A stretch of DNA of 64,000 nt from a virus (taxonomy: Duplodnaviria > Caudoviricetes). The translations under genes were made by a program, and so were the position numbers. The first letter of the stretch is position 1; every line of letters starts with the position of its first letter. Location of the stretch: positions 1-64,000 of the IMG/VR virus record IMGVR_UViG_3300028888_000061; one strand, 5' to 3'. Under the pieces are notes generated by a model, which searched no databases, was not told the origin of the DNA, and was given only the letters and a program-made list of their open reading frames with translations. Shown here piece after piece: positions 20,313 to 31,600 of the stretch.

Positions 20313-20933
20313 ATGTTTAAACACTTACAGATAATAGCTGGTTTAGTTTTTACGTTTTTCGTTTTATGCTGCCCCAAAGAGGTTATCGCAGATTCATTTG
20401 ACACATACATGGAACGCTGTGCACCTTATAGAGAAACCGTTGAGAACATATTGGTTGAAGAGGGCGTGCCAAAGGAATATTTCGCACTGCTTCTCGCCGA
20501 GAGTGGGTGTGACTTGGACAACCTTTCAAACCGTGGAGCTAAAGGTGCTTGGCAGTTAATGGATGCAACAGCACGTACTTATGGCGTGAAAGACCCAAAC
20601 GATTTGGAACAGTCAACACGAGGTGCTGCCAAGTATCTCAAATCATTGATTGACCGATTTCACACGATGGAATGGGTCGTTGCGGCGTACAACACAGGTG
20701 GAACAAATTTAAAACGTGTGACAGGCTACCCTAATGCAGACTTTCGCAAGGTTCGTAAGGTTCGTCCAGAAGCCTACGGACTTGCAATGAAAGTTACGGA
20801 CTTCGTAAAACGAATCAAAGCATACGACAAAATTCGTTCTTTAGAAATACAAGACACAGAAATATCTATGACGAACGAGAAAGAAGCACCTGAAATAGAA
20901 AACCTTTCCGTAAGGACACAGATGGATGGCTAG
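20313..20933 (+). CDS. Lytic transglycosylase (SLT) with N-terminal signal/SAR segment; endolysin candidate
   Basis: LAES catalytic Glu, GAKGAWQLM, AAYNTG. Confidence 0.9.
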   Translation: MFKHLQIIAGLVFTFFVLCCPKEVIADSFDTYMERCAPYRETVENILVEEGVPKEYFALLLAESGCDLDNLSNRGAKGAWQLMDATARTYGVKDPNDLEQSTRGAAKYLKSLIDRFHTMEWVVAAYNTGGTNLKRVTGYPNADFRKVRKVRPEAYGLAMKVTDFVKRIKAYDKIRSLEIQDTEISMTNEKEAPEIENLSVRTQMDG

Positions 20934-20939
20934 TAGTCA

Positions 20940-20981
20940 GTGGTGCTGAAATCAGCATATCACAAAGTCGTGTAGTACAAT
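20940..20981 (+). promoter_or_regulatory. Phage promoter motif copy 5
   Basis: GTGGTGCTG (20940-20948), N27, TACAAT; overlaps the palindrome TGCTGAAATCAGCA. Confidence 0.75.
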
Positions 20982-21026
20982 AAAAGTTTGCGTACTGATG
21001 TATCACATGACATAAAGGTGTCGTCC

Positions 21027-22127
21027 ATGAAGACGTTCAATATTCTGAATGTAAGCTCAAAGTTCGCAATATGCGGACTGCCTTTGAGAGCTGACACGTA
21101 CAAGACATGTTCATTTGGATGTGCCTACTGCTTCTCAAACAACAGAAAAATAATGGAGTTTGAGAAAACCTTGCAGATAGGAAATCTAAAACAACTGGAA
21201 AAAACTCTGGATAGGGTTCTTGACCAGCAGGACATCAATCAAAAAAACTTCATCGATGTCCTGCTGTCGAATAGACTCACATGGCATTTAGGTGGTATGA
21301 GCGACCCTTTCCAACCATGTGAAGATACGTATCATGTCACAGAAGAACTTTACCGTATGACGGCAAAGTACGGTATCAGCATCCTTGCAAGTACGAAATC
21401 ATGCAATCTTTATGGTGCATGGAAACACCTCAACCCTGAGTTGCATACGTTTCAGATGTCCGTGTCTAACGTGTTCAACCATCCAATCGAACCGAACATC
21501 CCAAAGATAGAGCAAAGATTAAGACTTTACAAACAGCTAAAACAAAGCGGTTTTCGTGTTGGAATCCGGATACAGCCTTTTATTCCAGGAATAACGACGG
21601 TAGACATTATTGACATGTTCAACGATGCAGACCACTTTGTGATTGAAGGGATAAAACTCGTACCGCAGAACGCATCACATGTCTGTCAAGTATTGGAGAT
21701 GACAGGACTGGACAAATCCATATTCACACAAATGGGACTTCTGAACATGAAGCCTGAGATACGTTTGTCGCTGTACAGTGATTTCATTGACAAGTTTGAG
21801 CGTGAGCATTTGTCATACTCAATAGCTGACAATGACATGCATTACATGGGAACATCCATGTGCTGTTGTGGAGATGCACTAATCACGAAAAGTGCTGGGT
21901 TCGACACAACGGCCATGACACATAAATTCGGAACGAATTACACACTTGAACAAGTCAAGACAGAACTGTGTTCAAATCAATGTGCTGACTGCAAATGTTC
22001 GCATCTCTTTACATCAAACAGGACGAATGGATGCAGCACAGTGTCTGAATTCTATGAGGAGCGTTTCAACAAACCGTCCTCACCATTCTCGCCAAAGTTC
22101 CTTTATCGTCAACTACCCACCAGATAA
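21027..22127 (+). CDS. Radical SAM protein (spore-photoproduct-lyase-like clade)
   Basis: DTYKTCSFGCAYC (CxxxCxxC), GGMSDPFQP, RIQPFIP, C-terminal CCCG. Confidence 0.85.
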   Translation: MKTFNILNVSSKFAICGLPLRADTYKTCSFGCAYCFSNNRKIMEFEKTLQIGNLKQLEKTLDRVLDQQDINQKNFIDVLLSNRLTWHLGGMSDPFQPCEDTYHVTEELYRMTAKYGISILASTKSCNLYGAWKHLNPELHTFQMSVSNVFNHPIEPNIPKIEQRLRLYKQLKQSGFRVGIRIQPFIPGITTVDIIDMFNDADHFVIEGIKLVPQNASHVCQVLEMTGLDKSIFTQMGLLNMKPEIRLSLYSDFIDKFEREHLSYSIADNDMHYMGTSMCCCGDALITKSAGFDTTAMTHKFGTNYTLEQVKTELCSNQCADCKCSHLFTSNRTNGCSTVSEFYEERFNKPSSPFSPKFLYRQLPTR

Positions 22128-22151
22128 AGCGGGTAGGCTTCCGCTCGCCTT
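22108..22151 (-). mobile_element. 44-bp PATE-like miniature IS200/IS605 element (fused left and right ends)
   Basis: TCAT|AAGGCGAGCGGAAGCCTACCCGCTTTATCTGGTGGGTAGTTGAC matches both ends of the tnpB element at 52843..54291. Confidence 0.75.
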
Positions 22152-22166
22152 ATGATGAACTCAGCT

Positions 22167-22213
22167 AAAAAGAAAAGGCACATGGAAATTAACTTCCATG
22201 TGCCTTTTCTTTT
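22167..22213. terminator. Bidirectional intrinsic terminator
   Basis: AAAAGAAAAGGCACATGGAA-loop-TTCCATGTGCCTTTTCTTTT between convergent genes. Confidence 0.9.
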
Positions 22214-22801
22214 CTACCGCCGTCTTCGCCGCACACGCATTCGTTTTTCGTTTCTTGACATTTGCCATTTGTAGTCGTCAAGGGCTTCGTCGATTTTCAT
22301 AAAACCTGTCTGGATTTGAAGCACGAGGTTTTTAATGTCCAGTATCATACGGGTCACGTCACGTTCAGTTCTCAAGTCGTAACCGTTTGACATGATTTCA
22401 TGTGAGAGATTGTCTTCAATCCAATTCACGATAGACGGCACATTCTGACATCCATCATCTATGGCATCATAAAGAGCATCGTACTCCAAGACCAGTTCTG
22501 CGTAGTCGTAATAGAGGACATCAACATGACAATTCTGCATGTCAAACGTACTCAGGCATCTTCTGTTGATAAGAATGTCCGCTATCGCTTTACCATTGAA
22601 CGTAACCGGTATCGTGACATGGTTTTCATCTATCTCGTAAACATCCAAACCTTTTGTGATAAGGTTGTAAACGACAGACAGAAAAAGGTCGCTTGCAGAC
22701 TCTCCTGAGATGCGTTCCAATCTTATACGACGTGGGATCATCCGTTTGACGGGTTTCGTGACGGATTCATGTTTTCGGGGTTTATTTCGTTTTATCAGCA
22801 T
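22214..22801 (-). CDS. Hypothetical protein (candidate internal head protein)
   Basis: MLIKRNKPRKHES leader, acidic body, poly-Arg C-terminus. Confidence 0.65.
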   Translation of the reverse strand: MLIKRNKPRKHESVTKPVKRMIPRRIRLERISGESASDLFLSVVYNLITKGLDVYEIDENHVTIPVTFNGKAIADILINRRCLSTFDMQNCHVDVLYYDYAELVLEYDALYDAIDDGCQNVPSIVNWIEDNLSHEIMSNGYDLRTERDVTRMILDIKNLVLQIQTGFMKIDEALDDYKWQMSRNEKRMRVRRRRR

Positions 22802-22844
22802 TGTGAAACCTCATGGATACGTTATGCTATGCAATGCGTTAAAG

Positions 22845-22880
22845 AAGAATGGTACCGCCTTTCGACGGTGGGTAGTTGAC
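22845..22880 (+). mobile_element. IS200/IS605 right-end remnant
   Basis: AAGAATGGTACCGCCTTTCGACGGTGGGTAGTTGAC resembles the tnpB right end ...ACCGCCTTTAGGCTGTTGGTAGTTGAC. Confidence 0.6.
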
Positions 22881-22894
22881 ACATCATCCGTATC

Positions 22895-25036
22895 TTATGC
22901 GAAGCCCTCATAATCAACAACGTAACCAACACTTCCGTTATCACGTCCTGTATAAGGTAAGTGTGCTTCCATGAAACGGATGCAAGCAATATCCCACTGT
23001 CTGTCGATGAGAGGTTGTAAAACGGAATCGAATACGACCGTTGGACTGTTTGTTGCTGTAAGATTGAATACAGAATGACATTCAATCACACGGTCACCCT
23101 TGGTTATCTCGTACTCAATGCACAGTGCAAGCGGCATGTTCTTTAACTGAACATTCTTGCTTCCAACCCGAAGTATTCCGAATGGGTACGTCAGCTTGAG
23201 TTTTACGCCCGCACCTGAAACTTGAGCATTCTCGAAGTCAACACGTGGAGTAAACTCAGTTGAAATCGTCCGCTTACCGTTCGTGTAAACCCAGTTATGC
23301 GATACGCTTCCATCATTTTCCTTTGCACAGAGTAAGACCGCAAATGTGTTCGTCCCCCACAAAGTGGTCTCATCATAACTTGCCTGCAAATCTACAAGGT
23401 CATTCTGTACAGTTCGCAGACTATTTTGGATATTACGTATTATCTGCTGGTCTGGATTCACTCCACCTTGCCCGCTTGACGGGTCAATAATGATACTATC
23501 CTGTAACTGAGTTACTCTGTCACTGAGTTCGTTTAATCTAGCAACATTAGTGTCTATACGAGCATTGATGTCTCGAATCACAGTATCAGGTGTACCGCTT
23601 CCACCATTGCGTTCCAATGCAGTGATACGCTCTGTGTTAGACTGAATACGTTCCTGAGTGTCAGGCCATTCTGTTTCAACAGTAACGAAACGGTCATGCA
23701 GACGTGTTAAACGCAGCGTATTATTATCTATGTCGGTGCGTAATGGAGCAATGATATTCTCGATGGCTTCTTCGTCAGCTCCGTTACCATCACCTGCAAT
23801 ACAGTTCGTGACAGAAACTTCATACTCAGCTGACGAGTTCGGCATCACATTTCCTAAAGGAATAAGCGACAAACAAGCACATCTCGCACCCTGGGAGAAA
23901 CACGGCAATGCATCAGGTGTCGAGAGGTTTTCAAGTAATGCCTGTTTGTTATCATACCATGCAAATTTAGCGTCCACCGATTTTCTCAAAGATGTTCCAT
24001 CGGCATTCTCGCCATGCTGTACAAAGTTTACACGGAATGTAGGTCTTCCGAAAGTTCTAGCACGTTGTGTGCATTCTGAAACATCGGCGGTTCCGATACA
24101 CACTATGCCGTACAGATAACTGCCAACACGAAGGAAACAAGTTCCATCCATCGACATATCGCCACAGAACTCTGTCTGGCTTACGAGATGGAGTGTCTGA
24201 TAAGCGGTTCCTACGGTTTCATCTTGAATATCGACAAGATGATAAATGGCATGACGTAAAGAACCGACTGATTCTCGGTTAGAATCCTGGATACCATTTA
24301 ACACAGTTTGAAGTGAGCGTTTTTGTCCATTCAACGAAATTAAAACCTGCTCACCATCAAGGTCAATAGTCTCAGGGTCAAGTGTTATTTTGGACTGCAT
24401 ACCGAAGCAGGCATCCTGTCCGCTTGACAGAATCGTTTGTCTTCCATTAAATCCAATACCTTGCTCTGCATCATTGATAGCTTTCAGTTCATGGACTTTA
24501 ACAGTAGAGGTAAAAGTCTTCTGCCCATTGACAATCTGCTGTCCGTTTGTTGTCACAACCAAGTCACCGCCACTCATTGCGGTATCACGGAATAACTGAT
24601 TGATGTATGCAATCATTTCACCGCGAGACATAGGTTCGTCATCGTCTGTTTCAATTTCTCCATTAGAAGAGAAGCTCAACGTAAACGTAACGGTAGATTC
24701 TGTTCCGGAAAGTCCTAACGGATAATCTGACGTGTATACCGTAATAGGAACCACAACGTCTTCATCCTGTGTCTGTAAGCGACCGCACAAAATAACAGAC
24801 CTTGCTGTTTGACTTGGGTTGTCAAAGATTACAGTGACTATATATTTGTCATTGACAAAGTTCGCAGACACACGTTCAGTTGACTGTTCCCCTGATGCCA
24901 CCGTCATAGCGTAGATTTGTTCTTCTGTAAATGTTTCTTCTGACAGATACGCCCGTGAGAAGATGATGACATCTTCACCTGTTGCCTCGCCGAGCATCTG
25001 CAACCCTTTGTTTGTAACAAGACGTAACTGCGCCAT
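22895..25036 (-). CDS. Tail fibre-like protein with coiled-coil stalk
   Basis: LVTNKGLQ anchor motif, QQIVNGQKTF fibre motif, heptad-rich segment. Confidence 0.6.
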   Translation of the reverse strand: MAQLRLVTNKGLQMLGEATGEDVIIFSRAYLSEETFTEEQIYAMTVASGEQSTERVSANFVNDKYIVTVIFDNPSQTARSVILCGRLQTQDEDVVVPITVYTSDYPLGLSGTESTVTFTLSFSSNGEIETDDDEPMSRGEMIAYINQLFRDTAMSGGDLVVTTNGQQIVNGQKTFTSTVKVHELKAINDAEQGIGFNGRQTILSSGQDACFGMQSKITLDPETIDLDGEQVLISLNGQKRSLQTVLNGIQDSNRESVGSLRHAIYHLVDIQDETVGTAYQTLHLVSQTEFCGDMSMDGTCFLRVGSYLYGIVCIGTADVSECTQRARTFGRPTFRVNFVQHGENADGTSLRKSVDAKFAWYDNKQALLENLSTPDALPCFSQGARCACLSLIPLGNVMPNSSAEYEVSVTNCIAGDGNGADEEAIENIIAPLRTDIDNNTLRLTRLHDRFVTVETEWPDTQERIQSNTERITALERNGGSGTPDTVIRDINARIDTNVARLNELSDRVTQLQDSIIIDPSSGQGGVNPDQQIIRNIQNSLRTVQNDLVDLQASYDETTLWGTNTFAVLLCAKENDGSVSHNWVYTNGKRTISTEFTPRVDFENAQVSGAGVKLKLTYPFGILRVGSKNVQLKNMPLALCIEYEITKGDRVIECHSVFNLTATNSPTVVFDSVLQPLIDRQWDIACIRFMEAHLPYTGRDNGSVGYVVDYEGFA

Positions 25037-25072
25037 AATAAACCTCATATTATGTAAACGGGTAAAATTTAA

Positions 25073-25124
25073 GGCTTAACGAAATCCCCTAACACAGTTC
25101 GATAGTTGTTGATTTCGTTAAGCC
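25073..25124 (-). terminator. Hairpin (terminator-like)
   Basis: GGCTTAACGAAATC...GATTTCGTTAAGCC downstream of the 918-aa ORF. Confidence 0.55.
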
Positions 25125-25157
25125 GAAAATAATCAGTGTTCAAACAGTGGTGTCATG

Positions 25158-27878
25158 TTAGTTGTACTTTCGGTCGATATGCAGCAAAGGATTTCTGCCT
25201 TCTGCAATAGCAGGGTATGCCTGTGCAATCAAAGAAACAAGAGCGTCCTGGTCACTCTGAACCAAGTCCGAGAATGATGGAACGTTGCGCATCATATCAC
25301 GTGCAGCTTCAGGAGTTCTCAAATTGTTTGTCTTGATAAATTCAGCAAAAGCATCACGAGAAGATTTACCGCCAAGCAGCTCTTTCATACCTTTAGTACC
25401 CAGCATAGATGCAATCTGGTCATAGTACAGACCTGTCGCTGTAGACGCTGAATAATTTGTCTTACCTTTAGGGGATTGGAATCGCTGATACGGAGTCTGC
25501 TCTTTACCGGCTGCGTAATCCTTTAGACGGTCATTAGGACTTGGAGTGTGCATTGTTTTGTCGAACTCAGTAAAGCGAACGAAACGACGAATTTCACCTT
25601 TGCTTGAAATCTTTAAGTACTCTGCAAGTCCAGACAGATTTTCATAGCATACTTTAATCGCATCGTTAATAAAGTCACTCCACAAAGACAACGCTGCTTT
25701 AACAGAATTCAGAGCAGACAAAATGGACTCTTTGTCGTCGATGTCAATCACGTATTCTGTTCTTTCGAGCGAAGCATTGAGTTCATTACGTTTTTGAAGC
25801 ACTAAGGTTTTCAAGTCTGGAGGAAGTTCATTTTCACCGTCTTCTACATTCTTGACAGCTCCTGCCATTAAGCAACGAAGAACGGTACTTCCTTTTGCAG
25901 ACACAACCTCAGACTGCTTGTTCTCTTTTCGGTTTCCACCATACCAGGCAACATGAAGGTCGTAGTCGGCTTCATACTCAACCGTTTTTCCTTCCTCATC
26001 CTCTGCTTTACATTTCGTGTGACAAGGAACGATTGCTTTCTCCCAAACACCGCGTGTGTTTCCTGACGGCGTAGCAATGACCATTTTCACTTCGCCACTT
26101 TTCTTGTTTTCGGTTGAGAAATCAATGACAAATCCTGTATCTTGATTGCTTCTCGTTACCGTATCGTTAATATCTGACATGATAACGTATGCAGACGTAA
26201 CGTCATTTTCACGCTTATACGATGCAGTGAACTCAGTAACATCAAGAGCTTCGTGCATAATACCGAGAACTTTCTCTTTTGCTTCCTGAGCAAATCCGGA
26301 AAAATGTTTAAGCTCTTTCTGGATTCGTTCATCTTCAAGGTTAATCCCTTCGGTAGAATTTCCATAAAGACGAATATTAGCGACAATCAGCTCATTGAAA
26401 TCGTCAAGTGTTTCTGTGTATCTGAACTGCTCAGGAAACTGTGTGCTTAAAGCACTGGTCATCTTTTTTGCCATCCGCAAGAACGACTTAGAACTTCCGC
26501 CTTTTGGAATGACAAAGCTAACAGGATGGTAATCAGTCGAATCCACTTCCTGTTCAGGCTTTCCGTCTGCTTTCGTTTTAGGAATCATGGGTCTGCCGCA
26601 ATAACGAATCTCCAACGTGTCTCCGTTATCTACGATGCATCCAACAGCTTTCGGAGCATCTTTTTCTGAACGCTTTTCGTCTGCCAGGATTGCATTCTTT
26701 ACGTTGTTGTATGCAACATAAAACGCTTCAAGGGCCTGTGACACTGCATCCATAGCCTGTTTACTGGAGAAAATAACATCACCGCTTTGCTCACCCTCAA
26801 ATCCGGCGAAATGGTCTGCATCCGTAATAAGGGAACCAATGCATTCACGCCCAACAACGAACATGTCATTTGCATCAGTAATCCTGTCAACCTCATCGTA
26901 TTTTGAATCGTTATGACCGACAGCCTGGATGACATACGCAAGAGCATGAGTGTCTTCAGTACAGTTGTTGCATTGGAACTCCTGTGCAATGAAACGATTG
27001 ATTGCATTGATGACTTTTCTTTGCAACGTGCTGTCCAAATCAACAGACGTGATAAGCATATCTGCGATATTATTTATCGTCCCTTTCATGTGTTCCAGGA
27101 CGATGCCGCCGGGTAAAGCACAGATGATTCTGTAACGTCGATTTTTAAACCCTTCGAGCTGTTCCACGTTGGTTCCATCAGGATATCGTTTGTCGTTTGC
27201 AGAAAACGCAGACCAGAACAGTTTAAGGTCGTCATTTAACTGTGGTTCACGAAGAGTTGCCATGTCATTCTGTAAAGTATTTGTTAATGCAGAACCACTG
27301 GAATCAACCATCCCTTTCATCTTACCGATGATACCGATTTCATTTCCTTGTGCATCCTTTTGACTTTCTTTGTCGTTGTACAGGTCATCAAGAAGTTTCG
27401 GCAGAGGAAGCTCTGCACTGAAAGACTCAAGGTTTTGAAGAATGTCAGTCAAACCCTCGACATTAGGCGACAGAGCTGCACTGAGGGATTGCCAGTCATT
27501 ACTGCTGATTCCATCAGGTGCAGGGTTGCCATCTCGAATATCGTTCAGGATATAGATGATTTCGTCCCATGCACGTGAACCAGAAAATTTCGACATGTAG
27601 GCGAGAAATGCCTTAAAAGTGTTTGCTGGAACCGTCTTCAAAAAAGACTTGAGCTTTGGAAGAGCCCCTATACCTTTTGTCTTCTTTCCATGACTGTAAT
27701 CAATCTGTAATGCTGTGTCAGCAACATTTGCGGAACCGGCTAACGATATGAAGTTTGGCAATTTGTCGGTCGGAAACAACAGGTGTGCTTTCTTTTTCAA
27801 AAGTTTTGCTGACCTTTTGGCTTCAAGAGTCTTACGCACATGTTTATGCTTGCCGTTTACGATGCTGTGTATGATCAT
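25158..27878 (-). CDS. Large hypothetical protein (candidate internal/ejection protein)
   Basis: About 900-aa ORF, AGGAG RBS, basic leader ending KTLE-A. Confidence 0.6.
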   Translation of the reverse strand: MIIHSIVNGKHKHVRKTLEAKRSAKLLKKKAHLLFPTDKLPNFISLAGSANVADTALQIDYSHGKKTKGIGALPKLKSFLKTVPANTFKAFLAYMSKFSGSRAWDEIIYILNDIRDGNPAPDGISSNDWQSLSAALSPNVEGLTDILQNLESFSAELPLPKLLDDLYNDKESQKDAQGNEIGIIGKMKGMVDSSGSALTNTLQNDMATLREPQLNDDLKLFWSAFSANDKRYPDGTNVEQLEGFKNRRYRIICALPGGIVLEHMKGTINNIADMLITSVDLDSTLQRKVINAINRFIAQEFQCNNCTEDTHALAYVIQAVGHNDSKYDEVDRITDANDMFVVGRECIGSLITDADHFAGFEGEQSGDVIFSSKQAMDAVSQALEAFYVAYNNVKNAILADEKRSEKDAPKAVGCIVDNGDTLEIRYCGRPMIPKTKADGKPEQEVDSTDYHPVSFVIPKGGSSKSFLRMAKKMTSALSTQFPEQFRYTETLDDFNELIVANIRLYGNSTEGINLEDERIQKELKHFSGFAQEAKEKVLGIMHEALDVTEFTASYKRENDVTSAYVIMSDINDTVTRSNQDTGFVIDFSTENKKSGEVKMVIATPSGNTRGVWEKAIVPCHTKCKAEDEEGKTVEYEADYDLHVAWYGGNRKENKQSEVVSAKGSTVLRCLMAGAVKNVEDGENELPPDLKTLVLQKRNELNASLERTEYVIDIDDKESILSALNSVKAALSLWSDFINDAIKVCYENLSGLAEYLKISSKGEIRRFVRFTEFDKTMHTPSPNDRLKDYAAGKEQTPYQRFQSPKGKTNYSASTATGLYYDQIASMLGTKGMKELLGGKSSRDAFAEFIKTNNLRTPEAARDMMRNVPSFSDLVQSDQDALVSLIAQAYPAIAEGRNPLLHIDRKYN

Positions 27879-27935
27879 ACGAATACTCCTATATGTTAGA
27901 GACAGGGTGTGCACTCTCCTGCCTATGTCTTGACG

Positions 27936-28490
27936 TTAATCGTCTTTAACCTCATTGTCATCTTCGTCGTTGGAAATTTCTTCGTCAACTTGAAGTTCTT
28001 CGTCAGATAAAGAGGTTTCATCCATTACGTCTTCATCTGTTTGTTCTTCATCTGCTTGTTCTTCCGCCTGTTCATCATTTTTCTTCTTGTGTGATTTTCC
28101 TTTAAACCACCCTTTAATTCCAGATTCTTTTTTAAGCGTTTCATCTGAATCAGAACCCATTCCGGCATGAACTTTTGTTTTTCCGTGCTGCAAGGTGACA
28201 CCAAACTTCCCAATCCATTTGTTTGAGAACCATTTTTCAAGAGAAATGAACACGACATAAAGAATGGAAATGACGAAACATCCAAGCAGAACAAAGTGTC
28301 TCGTATCCTCAGACAGACCCTCAAAATCGACCACGCATCCAATACCCAATGCCATATAAATGACAACGATACTCCATCTTGTCGATATTGAGTTGTTGAA
28401 TGATTTAATGGAATCGAGCATAGGGAGAACAAATGCGAAAAGCAAAATAACCGAGATAAGGATGATTGTTGTCATGTAAGGGTCAAGCAT
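27936..28490 (-). CDS. Three-TM membrane protein with acidic C-tail; holin candidate
   Basis: Three hydrophobic segments followed by a charged tail. Confidence 0.45.
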   Translation of the reverse strand: MLDPYMTTIILISVILLFAFVLPMLDSIKSFNNSISTRWSIVVIYMALGIGCVVDFEGLSEDTRHFVLLGCFVISILYVVFISLEKWFSNKWIGKFGVTLQHGKTKVHAGMGSDSDETLKKESGIKGWFKGKSHKKKNDEQAEEQADEEQTDEDVMDETSLSDEELQVDEEISNDEDDNEVKDD

Positions 28491-28655
28491 AAAAATCTCC
28501 TGCAAAATACAGTCGTCATTGTGAATACCGTTCACATTGCAAACGGCTTAAGTGCTTCGTATTTGATACTTGACAGTCTATCAATCATATAGCCGAAACC
28601 TTTGTGGAATAGGCGACTTAAAGGACTTAGCGAACCGTAAACAGGAGAAGACACA

Positions 28656-31600
28656 ATGGCTAAGAGAGGTAAGCACTTTTTTGCAAAACGCATCCGCTAC
28701 AGAGAGAACAGCTTAATCCGACCTAAACAAAACGGAGACAGGACACAGGGGTTCGACACAAACCCAATAGACCTTGAGTTGGAACGTCGGATAACGACTC
28801 ACGCAAAAGACGATGAGAACGTTGGCGACAACCAGCTTGTTCGTGGTCACAAACGCTTTAACGACACCGTGCAGATGGTTGACAGAGACCCATTTTACTC
28901 TGGGTATCTGAGAACACAACAGGCAACAGACAATGACAGTAATGTGTACACGGACAGCGGAAGATTTCCTGTGATGAGTCTGTTTACCAAAAATCGTCTT
29001 GTAACAGAAGACCCTGAACAGATTGAAGGTCGTGAGTCTTACTCAGGACTTGGCGTTGCAACACAAACCTTTAGTGGTCTTGGTGAAAAGGTTATGATGC
29101 GCAAGGCCAATGCAGGTCTTTTATTCTCTTCTTTGTGTGGTACGAACGGATGGGAAACTTCTGCATCCCTGGGTAATAAGAACTTTTACATTAACATGGG
29201 TGCTTCAAAAACGGATGGGATGCAGTTGAATGCACGAGACATCACACGTTCTCCGTACCGATTGCCAGTACGGTCACTTCCTTTCGGAAGCAGGTTGCTT
29301 GTGATGATGTTACTTGAAAACAGGACTGTAAGTGGGAATGACGAACATAACCAGGCGATAACTGACGGTACGACATACGCAAGCCGTATTTACAACCTTA
29401 TGCGTGAAAGTTCGATTCCTGACAGCCTGTTAAACATTGTTCCTGATGTCATGCCGGTTTACGAAGTCATTCGCAATACAGGTGATAAGAACATTACAGA
29501 ACTGTACGATTGGTGCACGTCAAAATATGCAAGTCAGACACTCGACAATCTTATTGTCCGTCTAAACAAACTTACGTTCTCAACTACTGCATTAGACAGT
29601 TCCAAAAAGCGAACCTGTGTTTATGAATACCTAAAAGTCATTGTGTTTTCTGTAATCTCTCGTTTGGGGACGGGGATGGACAGAACACTGTCTGAGCTGC
29701 TACCTTTCGATGTGTACGCTGCAAAAAACCTCAATGTGTCTAAGTACAGACGTGACTATTTGATGGAGTATATTAACGGATACGGGGACTATTCAAATTG
29801 CCTCTATCGCACATATCCGTGGGAAGGTGTTTTCACTCCAACAGTGAACCAACAATTATTTGACATCATTGAAGGATGGTTTGCAGGTTCAGATGGAACG
29901 TCGTTACAGAAACTCTATGAGATTATCGCACCGTTGGGTGGCGAGCTTCTTAATGTGTATCTTGACGACCTTCTTAAACGTCACGGTCATGTGTCAGGAC
30001 TGGACACTTCTGTTTACGATGCAATGGTTATCGGTCAAGGTTACGAAGAAACTGTTACCGCATTCGGAGAGTATGACCCTACAGGAAAAATGGCATCTCT
30101 GTTACAGGATGGTAGGTACATTGAAGCCGTTCGCAGTGCGTTTGAAATTCTTAAACAGCTCTCAGGCGGTTCAGCTTTACTGTACATCGTACTTTTAATT
30201 TTTGTCGGACTTCCTTTGATTGGTATGATTAGCATGTACGTTCAGACATCGCCAAGAAATCTTGACCTTCAACTTTCAGGTCTCGATGCTTTGATTTTCC
30301 CATACGCAAATACATCTCCAAACGTACAGCTGTCAGGTAACAACGTAACCACCAACCAGTTCAGATTTTCTGTAATGGCGAACTCTCTCAACTGGATAGG
30401 TATGGGGGCTACGAACGAAATACTTGGTCTTATACGAGTAATCAGTACCGGACTGTGTTATGTCCAAGATGCTCTGGATGACGGTGGCTTGAAACTTGTC
30501 GGTTCACAGGGAGTGGTTACTGTAAGTCCGTCGAATCCCTTGTCAACCGTTGTGAACTTCAAGGGTCTCGGAGAAATCCAGACAAATCATTTGGTGGCGA
30601 AAACAATAAACTGTCCTGACCACTTATGTGGAATTTCAGCACTGTTTAAAAACGAGGTTTCAAATATCGTAGAAGTTCCTGTCGGCGGTGTAGTTCTGGC
30701 GATTCCGCACATTCAGTTCTCAAACATTGTAATAAACACCGTTGATGGGCTTATCCATACACAGACTCCTATGACTGTCGAAGTCAATGAAGAAACAGAC
30801 TACAGAAAGTGGGAGTGGGCTGGATGTCTTCCGTTCAAAATGGCGCAATACAATGTTACAGATAACAACTGGAATTATGCTTTCAACAACATGTATTTGC
30901 AAGGTGGCACATACCGGTTGATGTCCCTGCTTCCGAACGATGTCGGTACAAGTGATGAAGACAAATTCTCACAGGGTGCAGTTCTGATGCAGAAGATTTC
31001 CGATGCAACAAGAGTTGTGTCTGGAAATGAGGGTTCTATCATGTGCTTTATCCCAAGCGACAAAATAAACAAGATTGGGGAACGAATACCTCTTTACCCA
31101 TCGTCCTTGTATCGAAAACTGCTCGAACTTAATGACGGTTCATTGGTAATATCTTTGAAAGATTCTAATTCAAATGTGTACGATGGCTACGTGTACACGA
31201 TTTCCATTAAAGACAAAAGTGACTTCATCTCTGAGGAAGCAAACCTGTATATTACGCCATCAGGATACCTCGTTATTGGTGAATTTGCATATAGCGCATT
31301 GCACATCAAGAAGAAAAACGATTCAAACACCATTGAAAATTTCTTCGCCGATAAAGAGTATCAGATGAACCCATTCAAAAAGAACGGAAACTGGATAGTG
31401 GACGCTCTTGAGTTCGGAGTTTATAACCCCGTGAACGGTAAATTTTTGAGCGTTAAAAACCTTCTTGTAAACAACGATATCAGTTTGTGGACATCACTTG
31501 AAAAGACTGACGTTATACGGGATTCAAACGACCATTATATGATGGCAACTTTTGAAGACTTTGTATTACGTCATGGAGAGGGATACATCTACAAAACAAC

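Noticed and set aside
28633-28643. AACCGTAAACA matches part of the putative omega-RNA guide (40871-40881)
   Set aside because: Only 11 nt and distal to the scaffold-proximal seed; compatible with chance.
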